64,000 nucleotides of DNA from Candidatus Bathyarchaeota archaeon (GCA_963827165.1 CAWGZR010000005.1:256001-320000), one strand, 5' to 3'; shown: positions 19,767-31,188, numbered from the stretch's first letter. Translations and numbers: made by a program. Notes: generated from the letters alone by a model not told the origin.

Positions 19767-20267
19767 TTACTCCTGAATTAACTCTGCGTTTATCCACCAT
19801 GCCTTCTTCTTACCCGACCGTTCCCCCGCGTAATATTCGATAACTGATTTTCCAGCTTGTTTTTTGCTGTTTTTTTGGATTCGTCGGAGACGATTGAGCA
19901 CAAGCCACCTGTTTGTTTTAAGGTATTCCGCTAACTCCGGCGTGGTTGCGCTTTTGTAGTGCATCAGGTACTCCATGATTTTATGATCTACCTCGTCAAG
20001 GCAGAAGCTATGCGGATTGGTTTTTCCATGCTCAAAAGTGAGAAGCTCCAAGTCAGCAAGGTACTTCTTTATTTGACCCAACTCTGATTCGATCTTTCCC
20101 ATTTTCTGTTCCAACGCCAAAACTTTGTCTGCCTTTGGGGTTTTCTCAAGCTTCTCGCTGATGGCTTCTCGAACAAAGCTGCTCCTGTCTCCTTCCGGAA
20201 TTCGCAGAGCCATCTCTTGGTAGATTTCTTCAGGTAACTTAACTGAAATGGTGCGTGTTTCACTCAA
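19767..20267 (-). CDS. RHH + coiled-coil + winged-helix DNA-binding protein
   Basis: TISVKLP...RSSFVREAI, heptad segment, TTPELAEYL. Confidence 0.7.
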   Translation of the reverse strand: MSETRTISVKLPEEIYQEMALRIPEGDRSSFVREAISEKLEKTPKADKVLALEQKMGKIESELGQIKKYLADLELLTFEHGKTNPHSFCLDEVDHKIMEYLMHYKSATTPELAEYLKTNRWLVLNRLRRIQKNSKKQAGKSVIEYYAGERSGKKKAWWINAELIQE

Positions 20268-20502
20268 CTTAGCGGTTCCTCACACCTGTCATATTTACAT
20301 CTGGATATTTCATTTTTTCCCCACTCAGCGCGGATTTTTGAAAACTTGAATGTGTGCCGGTCCAGCCTCAAAGCCATCGCTTGTCGCTGATTCATTTGAT
20401 AACTGGGCGTTCTCGATTGCGAGCACGAAGCAATACAAAACGTCATAATGCTCAGATGGATGGACGAGTACGCCGTTGAAAGAATCTAAAGGGAGGACAC
20501 GT

Positions 20503-21066
20503 TTACTCAGGGCAGATTGGTTGACCCGCCAACGTGGCTAGCTCTATGTACCTTTGCTCTACGATTTCATGCAGTTGGCTGCGAAGGACATCTCCAGCCA
20601 AGTTTTTCTCCTTTAGCTCGGCAACTTTCTTGGCAAGGTCTGTGTCACCGAGACTGTTTATCCATGCTGCGAAGTCGCCGCGATTCATGTGAAACTGCAG
20701 GGATTCCAAGGGGGCTTTTTCAACTTTGATGGCGAAATCCCGAAGGTTATGAGCATGGAGGTTAAGAGAGTTGCCGACGTCGAAGTAGAAGTGGAACGCC
20801 TTGTCATGCGGCGCATAAGCCAGAATCGCCTCGGCTTTTTCCTTGCTTATCGGGGGATTCTGGAGAGCTTCCTTTCCTTTCTGAGTTATTGTGTAAAGCC
20901 CCTTTTCAGGCGTACTCACGAATCCCATTTTCATGAGCCCCAAAATATGCATCATAGTGGGCTTGAAGTCTTTACCGCTTTCCTTAGCCACATCCGTGGC
21001 TTTCAAAGCTTTGTCGCTGCGCAACAGGGTTTCCAGTATTTCTTTTTTAAAAGGGGATAAACTCAT
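20503..21066 (-). CDS. Winged-helix protein fused to a DUF5752-like domain
   Basis: N-terminal wHTH (YTITQKG); C-terminal KAFHFY...SLQFHMNRGDFAAWI. Confidence 0.7.
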   Translation of the reverse strand: MSLSPFKKEILETLLRSDKALKATDVAKESGKDFKPTMMHILGLMKMGFVSTPEKGLYTITQKGKEALQNPPISKEKAEAILAYAPHDKAFHFYFDVGNSLNLHAHNLRDFAIKVEKAPLESLQFHMNRGDFAAWINSLGDTDLAKKVAELKEKNLAGDVLRSQLHEIVEQRYIELATLAGQPICPE

Positions 21067-21211
21067 TTGAAGGCACCTTGCCATTACAGCTATTCGCAAT
21101 TGTCCTAATCAAAGTTTTCCCCGTTAACCAATTCAAAACATCCATTTCGCAGGTTTTATGCTTCTATGATAGGGTTAAGTAAAGCTTTAGTATGGAGATT
21201 CCCAATGCTAA

Positions 21212-22483
21212 ATGGTAAATGGTGAACATTGGTTGAAACTTGCTGTCTTCGTTTACGAATACCCTCCTAAAATCGTGGGTGGATTAGGAACATACGCTGC
21301 TGAAATAACACGGAAATTTGTTTTAGATGATCATGACGTAACGGTTTTTACGATGAATGATGACGCTGGCTCATTGCCTACCCGGGAGATTTGGCGCGGA
21401 ATCGAAATCCACCGTCCGCTCCACATAGATATATCCGATTCTTTGCCTGACGTGATTGCTGAAGACATCAAGAAATGGGGCAGAGGCCTGCATTTCTTCG
21501 GCAAACTCATGGTTTACAACTATTTGTCAGCGGCAAAACTCATCAACGAACTTATCAAGAAAGAAAACATGAAATATGACATTGTTGTGGCTCACGACTG
21601 GCTCTCAGCCATGGGCGGAATCACCGTTAAAAGAGAAACAGGCTTGCCGCTGGCTTTTCACGTGCATTCAACCGAGAAAGGTCGCACTTTAGGCAACGGC
21701 TCCAGTGTTGTAAGCAACATCGAGTTGCGTGCAGGCAAAATGGCTGACATGGTTGTCACAGTTTCTTTTGCAATGAAGGATGAGCTTATTCAGCTTGGTT
21801 TTCCACGCGACAAGATCCAAGTGAGCTATAACGGTGTTGATCCGCAAAAATACAATCCTGCAAACGTGTCTCCGGCTGATATTAAACGGGTAAGAACTAA
21901 ATACGGTATCGGCGATGACCAGCAGATGATTCTTTTCCTCGGCAGACTAGTAGGCGTCAAAGGCGTTGACAAACTCATAATGGCTCTGCCACACATCCTA
22001 ACAAAGATGCCGAACGCACGACTGGTAATTGTAGGCGTGGGCGACCTTCAAGAGTACCTCATGAACCTCACGCGGACAATGCGGCTTGATCAGTACGTTA
22101 AGTTCTGCTTTGACTTCATCCCAGAAGAAGAACGAATAATCCATTATGCAGCATGCGACATAGCAGTCTTTCCAAGCTACTACGAACCCTTCGGCATCGT
22201 CGCGCTCGAAGCCATGAGTATGGAAAAAACGGTGGTCGTTGGAGCCTCAGGCGTTAGTGGAATGCGCGAAATCGTCATATGTTGCGGCGAAGAACAATGT
22301 GGATTCCACGTTGACCCAAACAACCCCTCCGACATCGCATGGGGAGTGATAACCGCCCTAGAGAACCCTGAAAGACTCAAGTTGCTCGGCAAAAATGGCA
22401 GAAAAAGAGTGTTATCCGAGTTCACCTGGAGCAAAATCGCGGAAAAAACCATCGACCTCTATGAAACAATAATGAAACGTTGA
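21212..22483 (+). CDS. GT4 glycosyltransferase (glycogen synthase-like)
   Basis: EYPPKIVGGLG, AHDW, GRLVGVKG, EPFGIVALEAM. Confidence 0.9.
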   Translation: MVNGEHWLKLAVFVYEYPPKIVGGLGTYAAEITRKFVLDDHDVTVFTMNDDAGSLPTREIWRGIEIHRPLHIDISDSLPDVIAEDIKKWGRGLHFFGKLMVYNYLSAAKLINELIKKENMKYDIVVAHDWLSAMGGITVKRETGLPLAFHVHSTEKGRTLGNGSSVVSNIELRAGKMADMVVTVSFAMKDELIQLGFPRDKIQVSYNGVDPQKYNPANVSPADIKRVRTKYGIGDDQQMILFLGRLVGVKGVDKLIMALPHILTKMPNARLVIVGVGDLQEYLMNLTRTMRLDQYVKFCFDFIPEEERIIHYAACDIAVFPSYYEPFGIVALEAMSMEKTVVVGASGVSGMREIVICCGEEQCGFHVDPNNPSDIAWGVITALENPERLKLLGKNGRKRVLSEFTWSKIAEKTIDLYETIMKR

Positions 22484-22504
22484 TAACGATACATGGCGTC
22501 TTAA

Positions 22505-23113
22505 TTGGCTTACGACTTAAAAAACAAGGTTGCAAGGGAAGCAGCTACCCTACTCTATTTTGGGGCTGAAAAAGAATATAAGCAAGCTAAGACACGGGCA
22601 GCTCAAACTTTGGGAACGCATTTTTTGCCTTCTAACTTAGAAATCGCGCTTGAGCTCGACAAGATTGCGGAAGAAAACGAAGGCGAAAACAGGAAGGAAC
22701 GCCTCATAGAAATGCGAAGGGAAGCCCTGCAGGTGATGAAGCTTCTTGATGCTTACTGCCCCCTACTAATCGGCAGTGTTTGGCGAGGTAACATACGCAG
22801 AGGAAGCGACATAGACATCGCAGCCTACTCAGATGACCCAGATCAAATCATCAACCTTGTAAAAGACGCAGGGATAAAGGCTTCAAAAACAGCATGGACA
22901 ACTGTCAACAAACATGGTCGAACCCTCTCGTCGCTTCACATTCACGCTGAAACCCCTACAAAGCATGGACTTGAAATCGTAGTGCGCGCGTCCGAGCAGC
23001 AAAGTGAAAGGAGGAAATGCGAAATCTTTGGAGACGAAATCAAAGGTTTAACAATCAAAAATCTTGAGAGACTACTCAAAGAAAACCCCACACAAAACTT
23101 CATCCCTAATTGA
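22505..23113 (+). CDS. Nucleotidyltransferase-domain protein
   Basis: GSVWRG...SDIDI Pol-beta motif. Confidence 0.8.
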   Translation: MAYDLKNKVAREAATLLYFGAEKEYKQAKTRAAQTLGTHFLPSNLEIALELDKIAEENEGENRKERLIEMRREALQVMKLLDAYCPLLIGSVWRGNIRRGSDIDIAAYSDDPDQIINLVKDAGIKASKTAWTTVNKHGRTLSSLHIHAETPTKHGLEIVVRASEQQSERRKCEIFGDEIKGLTIKNLERLLKENPTQNFIPN

Positions 23114-23199
23114 ATTTTGGGCAAAAGCTGTTTTTTCTTCAAAAAAGAACTTAAACAACTAAATTCCATATTATATTTCAAATTTCAAATTGATGCCTA

Positions 23200-23604
23200 A
23201 TGGCCGCAGATAAAGAATCCATAAAAAAGATGTTTCCAAACCTCTTCAAAGAACTCGAAACTGGAGACGCCAAAGTCTCGATAGATGCCCTTCGCAAGAA
23301 CCCTGAAGAAGCTGAAGCGGACATAGTCGAATGCGCAGAGCAGGAAATTGAAGAAGTTGAATTCGAAACCGCCACCAAAACACCTGATAAACTGCGGCAT
23401 TTTAACCCATCCGCTGAAGATTTTATCCGTCGATGCGACACGCAAGAGCAGGCGAATGAAATCATCGATTACTTGGAGAAGAAAGGCGAATTGACCGAAA
23501 AATGCGCTCAGGAAATGAGATGTAAGCTTAAGAAAGAAGGTGTGCGAAGTTTTGGTCCCAAAAAAGAAGAGAACCATTATTTTAGGGAAGGCGGCATTTT
23601 CTAA
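23200..23604 (+). CDS. DUF2095-family archaeal protein
   Basis: FPNLFKEL, PSAEDFIRRCDT, GVRSFGPKK. Confidence 0.8.
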   Translation: MAADKESIKKMFPNLFKELETGDAKVSIDALRKNPEEAEADIVECAEQEIEEVEFETATKTPDKLRHFNPSAEDFIRRCDTQEQANEIIDYLEKKGELTEKCAQEMRCKLKKEGVRSFGPKKEENHYFREGGIF

Positions 23605-23813
23605 TTTTAGTTTTATCGTCAAGTGATAAAAGAAGCCAACCGTTTTGAAGGCTTCATGCATGAACTTCTGGTTATTTGGCGATTCATGCAATGGAGTGCT
23701 TAGTTCCTTTTCAGACGTTAACCTTGTTACCCATTTACAGCTTGTTTGATTTTCATGTCGGAAAACTAATAAGTGTCAAGTTTGTTGTACAAAAACTGGA
23801 AAATGGTGATATT

Positions 23814-24833
23814 ATGGCAATAAAAGTAGGAATTAACGGATTCGGAAGAATCGGAAGACTTCTTTACAGAGCAGCACTCGAACGTAATGCGGATATTGAT
23901 TTTGTAGCAATCAACGATCTTGCTGACGCCAAAACTAATGCGCATCTCCTCAAATATGACTCAATCCACGGACATTTCCCGGGCACAGTTGAAGTTGTCG
24001 GCAACGACATGGTTGTCAATGGAAAAACCCTCAAATGCCTCAGCGTAAAAGATCCAGTCTTACTACCGTGGAAAGACCTCGGAGTTTACCTAGCAGTGGA
24101 ATCGACAGGCTTGTTTACTAACCGCGAAGGCGCAAGCAAACATTTCCAAGCCGGAGCCAAAAAAGTCCTGATCAGCGCCCCAGCAGAAAACCCAGATGCA
24201 ACCTTTGTGTTGGGTGTAAATGACAAGTCATACGACCCAGAAAAACACAATATTCTAAGTAACGCTTCATGCACAACAAACTGCCTGGCACCAGTCAGCA
24301 AAGTATTAGCCGACAGCTTCGGCTTAGAAAGAGCTTTGATGACAACCTGCCACAGCTACACAAACGACCAAAAAGTCCAAGACCTTGTCCACAAAGACCC
24401 AAGAAGAGCCAGAGCTGCAGCAATCAACATCATCCCGACAAGCACAGGTGCTGCAAAAGCAATCGGATTAGTTTTGCCAAGTTGTGCTGGAAAAATGAAC
24501 GGCTACTCGTTGCGCGTGCCAACAGCAGACGTCTCTATAGTTGACTTAACGGCCATACTGAGCAAAGAAGTTACCAAAGAAGAAATTAACGCAGCTATGA
24601 AAACGGCCGCAGATGGCTCACTCAAAGGCATCCTACAGTACACGGAAGACCCAATCGTTTCAACCGACGTGTTACACAGCACCTATTCAGCCGTCTTCGA
24701 TGCACAATTAACCATGGTTCTAGGCGAAAAGAGCAACTTCGTTAAAGTCTTCGCATGGTATGACAACGAATGGGGCTTCAGCAACCGCATGGTTGAGTTC
24801 ATCGAAATGATCGGCAAAAAAGCAAAACTCTAA
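23814..24833 (+). CDS. gap: Type I (bacterial-type) glyceraldehyde-3-phosphate dehydrogenase
   Basis: [31 protein letters not shown]; start at the MAIKVG ATG. Confidence 0.96.
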   Translation: MAIKVGINGFGRIGRLLYRAALERNADIDFVAINDLADAKTNAHLLKYDSIHGHFPGTVEVVGNDMVVNGKTLKCLSVKDPVLLPWKDLGVYLAVESTGLFTNREGASKHFQAGAKKVLISAPAENPDATFVLGVNDKSYDPEKHNILSNASCTTNCLAPVSKVLADSFGLERALMTTCHSYTNDQKVQDLVHKDPRRARAAAINIIPTSTGAAKAIGLVLPSCAGKMNGYSLRVPTADVSIVDLTAILSKEVTKEEINAAMKTAADGSLKGILQYTEDPIVSTDVLHSTYSAVFDAQLTMVLGEKSNFVKVFAWYDNEWGFSNRMVEFIEMIGKKAKL

Positions 24834-24909
24834 GCAAACAAGAAAGATAAATCTTCCTTTATCCTTTTCTTTTCAGTCTTGAAAATCAAGTAACAGCTAA
24901 CAAAGAGAA

Positions 24910-26151
24910 GTGAAGAAAATGGCAAAATACAAAACACTCGATGACTTTGACGTAAAAAACAAGGTTGTTCTAGTCCGAGTAGACTTTAACTCAGAAATAG
25001 ATCCGGCAACCAAGAAAGTCACAAGTGATGTGCGAATAAGAGCACACGCAGAATCAACGCTAAAGGAACTGGCGGAGAAAGGCGCCAAAACCGTGGTTTT
25101 AGCCCATCAAGGGCGCAAGGACGATCCAGACTACACGACCCTCAAAGAACACGCAGCAATTCTTGGCAAAATCCTCAAATGTCCCGTAAAATACGTCGAT
25201 GACATTTTCGGTGAAAAAGCAAAAGCAGCCATCCGAAACCTGCAAGGCGGAGAAATCCTCGTTTTAGAAAATGTTCGCAGTTGGGACAAAGAAACCAAAA
25301 GCATGACACCTGAAGAAGCAAGCAAAACCGATTTGGTGCAGAACCTTGCGCCACTGGCAGACCTTTTTATTAATGACGCGTTTGCGGCAGCCCATCGGGG
25401 ACACGTTTCAATGGTTGGGTTCACCGCAGTTTTACCTTCGGCGGCGGGCAGGATTATGGAGCGCGAACTCAAGTCTCTGAGTCGTTCGCTTGAGAAACCC
25501 GAGCACCCCTGCGTCTATGTAATGGGCGGAGCCAAAGCGGATGACGCTCTCGAAATCTCAAAGTACGTTTTGGACAACGCCATCGCAGACTACATTCTCG
25601 TCGGCGGAGTCACCTCACAGTTGTTCATCGCAGCTCAAGACTTTGACTTAGGCAAGAAAACTCTGGATTTCTTGAACAAAAAAGAACTGACCACGTTCAT
25701 TCCAGGCATTAAGGAACTCATCTCAAAGTACCCCAGCAAAATTATTATTCCCACAGATCTGGCCTTGGACATTGATGGCAAACGCAAAGAAATCCCGGTC
25801 AGCAAGCTGCCAACTGATTACAGTATATTTGACATTGGAAAGAAAACAGTTGACGAATTCACACAAATCATCGCCAAAGCCAAATCCATAGTCGTCTCAG
25901 GACCAATGGGAGTCTACGAAAACAAAGAATTCAACTACGGAACCAAAGCCGTCTTCGAAGCCATCGCTAACAGCAAAGCCTTTAGCCTCGCAGGCGGCGG
26001 AAACACAATCGCAGCCATACAAGAATACGGTTTAACCAAAAAAATCAGCTACATAAGCACGGCGGGCGGAGCGCTCATTGAGTTCCTAATGGGCAAAAAA
26101 CTCCCAGGCGTAGTCGCACTGGAAACAGCAATAAAAACCAAAAAAATCTAA
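24910..26151 (+). CDS. pgk: Phosphoglycerate kinase
   Basis: RVDFNS, AHQGR, LENVR, NDAFAAAHR, STAGGA. Confidence 0.96.
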   Translation: MKKMAKYKTLDDFDVKNKVVLVRVDFNSEIDPATKKVTSDVRIRAHAESTLKELAEKGAKTVVLAHQGRKDDPDYTTLKEHAAILGKILKCPVKYVDDIFGEKAKAAIRNLQGGEILVLENVRSWDKETKSMTPEEASKTDLVQNLAPLADLFINDAFAAAHRGHVSMVGFTAVLPSAAGRIMERELKSLSRSLEKPEHPCVYVMGGAKADDALEISKYVLDNAIADYILVGGVTSQLFIAAQDFDLGKKTLDFLNKKELTTFIPGIKELISKYPSKIIIPTDLALDIDGKRKEIPVSKLPTDYSIFDIGKKTVDEFTQIIAKAKSIVVSGPMGVYENKEFNYGTKAVFEAIANSKAFSLAGGGNTIAAIQEYGLTKKISYISTAGGALIEFLMGKKLPGVVALETAIKTKKI

Positions 26152-26174
26152 TTTCTTTCTTTTTTTTCTTAAAC

Positions 26175-26924
26175 TCAGCATGAGGCATGTGCGCTCGTAA
26201 TTTTATCGAAATTGTCAGAGATCCACTTCAGGTCTTCTGAGGTGAAATCGGGTTTTTGATGACTATTTGAAAGATCAGCCGAAGAGTTGAATTGGGAGGA
26301 AACGAACACCACTTTTATTCCGGCTTCTTTAGAGCCTTTAATATCTTCTATTGGACTGTCACCGATGTAAATTGCCTCAGTGGCTTGTGTATGAAGTTTC
26401 TTTAGAGTTTCTTGAAAAATCCGTGGGCTTGGTTTGCGCCAGCCATTATCGTCTGAAACCACAACTGCGTTGAAGTACGGGTTTATTCCTAGTTGACGCA
26501 GGCTTTTATAGATCACTGGGGCGAATGTGAAATTGGTGATTAATCCGATTTTGTAGTTGGCTTTTGTTTTTTTGAGAAGTTCTTTTGCGCCTTCTCTTAG
26601 CTCCAGTGTGTCTATGAAGTCTTGGAAGAAAACGTTCAGAGCAGCTTTCAGTCGGGAATCATCCGGCGTCACCTGAAACCCAAGGTTGCATAGAGCTTCG
26701 GCTACCCAGATTGCATTGGTTACTTCTCTTAGTTCTTCATACCGTACTTTTCGGTATTTCTCATGCGCATTGATGTAAGCAGACATGAACTCTTCTTCTG
26801 AAATGTCGAAGCCTTCCTTCACAAGCATCCTGTACAACTTAAGCCTTGACGATTCCATAGTGTAGTTTTTGCAGTTGACCAGCGTACCGACATAATCGAA
26901 TATTACCGCTTTAAGGCAACACAT
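26175..26924 (-). CDS. HAD-family hydrolase
   Basis: FDYVGTLV, RKP, IGDSPIED motifs. Confidence 0.88.
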   Translation of the reverse strand: MCCLKAVIFDYVGTLVNCKNYTMESSRLKLYRMLVKEGFDISEEEFMSAYINAHEKYRKVRYEELREVTNAIWVAEALCNLGFQVTPDDSRLKAALNVFFQDFIDTLELREGAKELLKKTKANYKIGLITNFTFAPVIYKSLRQLGINPYFNAVVVSDDNGWRKPSPRIFQETLKKLHTQATEAIYIGDSPIEDIKGSKEAGIKVVFVSSQFNSSADLSNSHQKPDFTSEDLKWISDNFDKITSAHASC

Positions 26925-27678
26925 CTTTTTTTTCTCTCTTCCTTGGCAAGACGAATTTTTCAGCGACTTCAAAAACCCCTCTTCCGACGCCCGTGCTCAT
27001 CAGCTTTGCTCCCTCGCCAATGGCATCTTCAACCTGCTGGTCAAAGGCGATTGCCCCAAGATATTTAAGCCCAAGTTTCTGCGTTTCCACTTGAACGCAG
27101 TTTGCCTTACCCATTTTCATGTTTTCCACTACACCGATAATGGGCATTTTTAATTCGCACAGGAGATTGGCCTGCTTTTTCACGGTTTCAAAGGCCAGCA
27201 TGGAAGGTGTGGTTACGATTAGGAACTCTATGCGTTTGACAAGTCGGACCAAATCGAGTACGGCGTCGCCGATGCCTGGGGGCATATCAATTATTAAAAA
27301 ATCCAGTGTGCCCCACTGCGTGACTGAGAGGAGCTCGATTAGGGCGTTTGAGACATCGGCTCCGCGGAGGGGTGCAGCTTTGTCTCCGACGAAGTAAATG
27401 AGGGACATGTATTCTATGCCGCAGACGGTTGGGGGAACTATGCCTTTTTCCTCGTTAAGGAGGGTTTTTTGGGCGCCGAGGATAATGTGGGTTGAGGGCC
27501 CTGTGAAGTCAAGGTCGAAGAGCCCAACTTTGCATCCCCTTTGGGCAAGTGTTAGTGCAAGTGCTGTTGCGACCATGCTTTTTCCAACTCCGCCTTTGCC
27601 ACTTGAAACTGCGATAATCCGGCTTATCCGACGTAAACGCTCATCAATCACGCTTGTTCGCGGGTCAGACACGCTCAT
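26911..27678 (-). CDS. Mrp/NBP35/MinD-family ATPase, probably the HypB-substituting type
   Basis: SGKGGVGKS, DMPPG, ENM with no following CxxC; overlaps hypA by ATGA. Confidence 0.85.
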   Translation of the reverse strand: MSVSDPRTSVIDERLRRISRIIAVSSGKGGVGKSMVATALALTLAQRGCKVGLFDLDFTGPSTHIILGAQKTLLNEEKGIVPPTVCGIEYMSLIYFVGDKAAPLRGADVSNALIELLSVTQWGTLDFLIIDMPPGIGDAVLDLVRLVKRIEFLIVTTPSMLAFETVKKQANLLCELKMPIIGVVENMKMGKANCVQVETQKLGLKYLGAIAFDQQVEDAIGEGAKLMSTGVGRGVFEVAEKFVLPRKREKKDVLP

Positions 27679-28073
27679 CTGGCTCCTTTTACGCTCTCGA
27701 GCCAAACGCCACGTCCGCTGGCGATTTCAAAGTCAGGGCTACCGCATTTCGGACACTTAATGTAGCTGTGGGCTACCTCGGGAACGAAATGGATAGCTTC
27801 AATAGTTTCTTTATCCACGCTTTTGCTATCAAAACCCCATGAAGTGCTGCAAACTCTGCATCGAAGCTCGCTCTTGGCCTTTAGTATGTGGAATTTTGTG
27901 CATTTGAAAAGCGGAGTTCTAAGCTCTGAAAGGGCGAAACGAAGAATGGGTCGTTCAACTTGCTGGAGTTCTCCGATTCTGATGGTGACTTCTAAAACTT
28001 CCTTGAGATTTTCCTTCTCAGCAATCTCTTTTGCCGAAGCTAAAACTGCTTCGGCAAGCGCCCATTCATGCAT
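27675..28073 (-). CDS. hypA: Hydrogenase nickel incorporation protein HypA
   Basis: MHE N-terminus, CRVC...CPKC, GRG. Confidence 0.93.
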   Translation of the reverse strand: MHEWALAEAVLASAKEIAEKENLKEVLEVTIRIGELQQVERPILRFALSELRTPLFKCTKFHILKAKSELRCRVCSTSWGFDSKSVDKETIEAIHFVPEVAHSYIKCPKCGSPDFEIASGRGVWLESVKGAR

Positions 28074-28225
28074 AAACTCTCATAGCCGAAGGCATTTAAA
28101 AACAGTTTTGCAGGAAAACAAGTTTCAAAAGAAAAACTTTTGCCTTATGGTACCGCGCCGCCTTACCAACATTATTTTTCTTTTTTAGAAAGTTTTAAGG
28201 GGTTAACGTTGTATATTTTGAGCCG

Positions 28226-29504
28226 GTGGGTAATGTGTCTGATGCTAAGGAAGAGATTTACTCAACTATGTTCAGTTCACTTAAGCATCCTGCGCGTCGA
28301 AAAATCCTTCGGGTACTTTCTGAGAAGCCGCTGACTTTTTCGGAAATGCTTAATTTGCTGGGAGTCTCCAGCTCCAATCTGACTTATCACCTTGAGAGTC
28401 TAGGCGAGCTTGTGACGCAGGAGAACGGCATCTACAAGTTATCGACTTTCGGTTCAGCTGCTGTTGGCACGATGAAAGTCGTTGAGGAAGCCCCTGAAGT
28501 TCAGCCAAAAAAACGCGCTTCTTCTTTTAAATGGAAAAACAGCTCTCGCAGTCTCCCTTATCGCCTTGATTTTGGCGGCGAGCCTGGCAACTTGGGAGAT
28601 TAACGCCGTCAATCAAGCAAATAACAAACAGAATGAAATACAATCAAAGTACAATCAGTTGCTATCTTGGACCTCTTCCACAACCGCTGCGATCAATTTT
28701 CTGCAGCAGGTACCGCAAATCGAAACTTCACATTACCAAGCTACTCTTGAAAGCAACACGGTTGATCAGCCGTCGGACCTAGGCGGGATTTTGGAACAGA
28801 CGATGATGTACTCGCTTAGCAGCAGCGACAGCAAAATGGATGTTTACTTCCGTTTCCGAAGCGGCGAGTTGTCATGGTACCAAATAGTCATGCTTAACGG
28901 CTCACCCATTTACTCGCAAACTCAGCCCTATAACGCGTTGGACGCAGCTAAGGGTTTGCTTGGCAGGCTTGCGACCTATGAGAATGCCTCTTATCTTGAA
29001 AACATGAGTGACACGTTGTCATTGGTTAGCGGAGCTATGCAGAACATGCAAGTAACTGAAGGCAATGTCAAACTCAACGTTACGATGTCGGGAGGTACCA
29101 CGCAGATTGTAATGCTCTATACGGTGAACGGCGTGGATTTTTCTCCTAAATGCGTTAGTTTAACTTTTTCTGGCAGCGACTTGACAGATTTGATTGATGA
29201 TTGGTATCTTTTCTCAGTGGGAAGCACCACGGTTAATGTTTCTGGCAGCCAAGCAGTTCAGTTGGCGTTGGATGCCGTGAAAAGTTACAGTTGGACGGCG
29301 AACGGTACCACTATCTCCGACTTTACGATTCTCTCTCAGCCTGTTTCGGTTGTTTTCCACCCGAACACCAAGAACGGGTTGGTCCTCTACCCGCAGTGGA
29401 CTGTAACGCTTTACCTCGACAAGGTTTACCCGGGAGGGGTTGGCAGCTTAACCGTTGAAGTGTGGGCAGACACAGGAAAAGTGGCGCAGATACAAAACAG
29501 CTAA
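28226..29504 (+). CDS. ArsR-type wHTH fused to a TM helix and extracellular domain; split by a +1 indel
   Basis: LKHPARRKIL...LTYHL wHTH; removing one A from the run at 28535-28539 joins it to KTALAVSLIALIL and the 28482-29504 ORF. Confidence 0.7.
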
Positions 29505-29609
29505 CGTACAATGCGACCAAAGGATTTCCCCTCACAGCATAGTGATGGCGGAGAAAAATGGCAAATTAGGTAAATGTGTTATGATACTTGTTGATTAGGA
29601 CGAAGTGCA

Positions 29610-31131
29610 ATGACGGACATAGTGTTCACTTTTGAGGTTCACCAGCCTCATAGGCTCAAACGTAAGCTATTTTGGGAAGGCAAAGTCTTTAGCCGCATTG
29701 CTAAAAAAGAGCTGTTCAATTATTACTTTGACAATGAAAGCGACCGCGAAATTTTCGATCGAGCCGCGCGCAAATGCTATTTCCCCTCGAACCAGATCCT
29801 TTTAGACTCAATAGACAAACACAAACACGAGTCCAAACAAGTTAAGGTGGCCTTCAGCATCTCAGGAGTCTTCCTTGAACAATGCGAAATGTTCGACCCC
29901 GACCTACTCAACCTTTAAGCAACTTGCCGAAACCAAACCTATTATCACTCAATCGCCAGCCTCTACCCCGACAAAGAAGAATTCATTGAACAGGCAAAGA
30001 TGCATAAACAAACTGTAAAATCCTGCTCGGCTACACACCCAACGTTTTCGAAAACACCGAATTGCTATACAACAACGCAATCGCAAAAACGGTTGAATCA
30101 TTGGGGTACAAGGGCATTTTCACCGAAGGCGTCGAAAAGATTCTGGGTGAAAAATCCCCCAACTACATTTACAGTTCGAAAGGTACAAAAAAAATCCGGG
30201 TCCTTCTCAGAAACTACAAGCTCACCGATGACATCGGCTTTCGTTTTTCAGCAAGATGGTGGCCAGAGTGGCCTTTAACAGCCGATAAATACGCAGGCTG
30301 GTTAGCCAGCGCTCCCGGTCAATGCATCAACATTTTTCCTGACTACGAAACCTTCGGCGAACACCATTGGCCAGAAACCGGCATTCACAGCTTCCTACAG
30401 CATCTCCCCGACGAAATCCTAAAGTTTGATCGCTTGCATATGGCTACCCCTTCAGAAGTCATCGCCAAGGACAATCCCGTAGGTGAAATTGATGTTCCAG
30501 AAGCTCAAGGCACAGTTTCATGGGCGGATTTGCAGAGGGATCAAACAGGATGGTTGGGCAACGTGATGCAATGGGCGTACTACTCAGGTCTGCGTCGACT
30601 GGAACCGCTCATTTTGGAAGCTGAGGACCCTGAGTGGCTCAGGTTGTGGCGTGACTTCCAAACAAGCGATCACCTTTACTATATGTTTACTGCCGGTGGC
30701 GGACCAGGCGAATTGCACTCGTACTTTAGCCCTTATGAATCGCCAGCGGATGCTTTTGCAGTTGCACAAACGTTGCTAAACGATTTTGAAGCAAGGCTCA
30801 GACTGTACATTTCAGCGGCGAACGAGCCGTTTCTCTTCTACACCGGCATAGGAAAAGAATATTACATTGGCAAAATGGCTTGGGCCTCAAAGGATTCATC
30901 AAAGCAATCAGAGAAATCGACCCCAAAGCCATCGAGTTTCACACTGAAAATGGAGATTTCGAGAGTTGGATTCAAAACTCCCTCAAAGACCAAAAGTTAG
31001 CGGAGCAGTTCAAAAAGCTAAGGGATTCAAACGACAAAGGTGAAAAACTGAGAGAAACCATAATGAATTTCTCGACAAAACGTTATGCAACGTTGAACAA
31101 GCAAACGCAGGATGCCACCAAGCTATTCTGA
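29610..31131 (+). CDS. GH57 alpha-amylase-like glycoside hydrolase with C-terminal DUF5752-like domain; several frameshifts or deletions
   Basis: EVHQP, TYYHS, NTELLY (nucleophile), DYETFGEH (acid/base), QTSDH; breaks near 29910, 29934, 30020 and 30883. Confidence 0.88.
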
Positions 31132-31188
31132 GAAACGCGTTTATAAGGCATGTCGCGCTAATAATTAATTCGGTTTGGTGGATTATCT

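Noticed and set aside
23676-23813. N-terminal extensions of gap, and similarly of the 9048, 26175, 26911 and 48450 ORFs
   Set aside because: Artefacts of longest-ORF calling; family-typical starts or SD sites lie downstream
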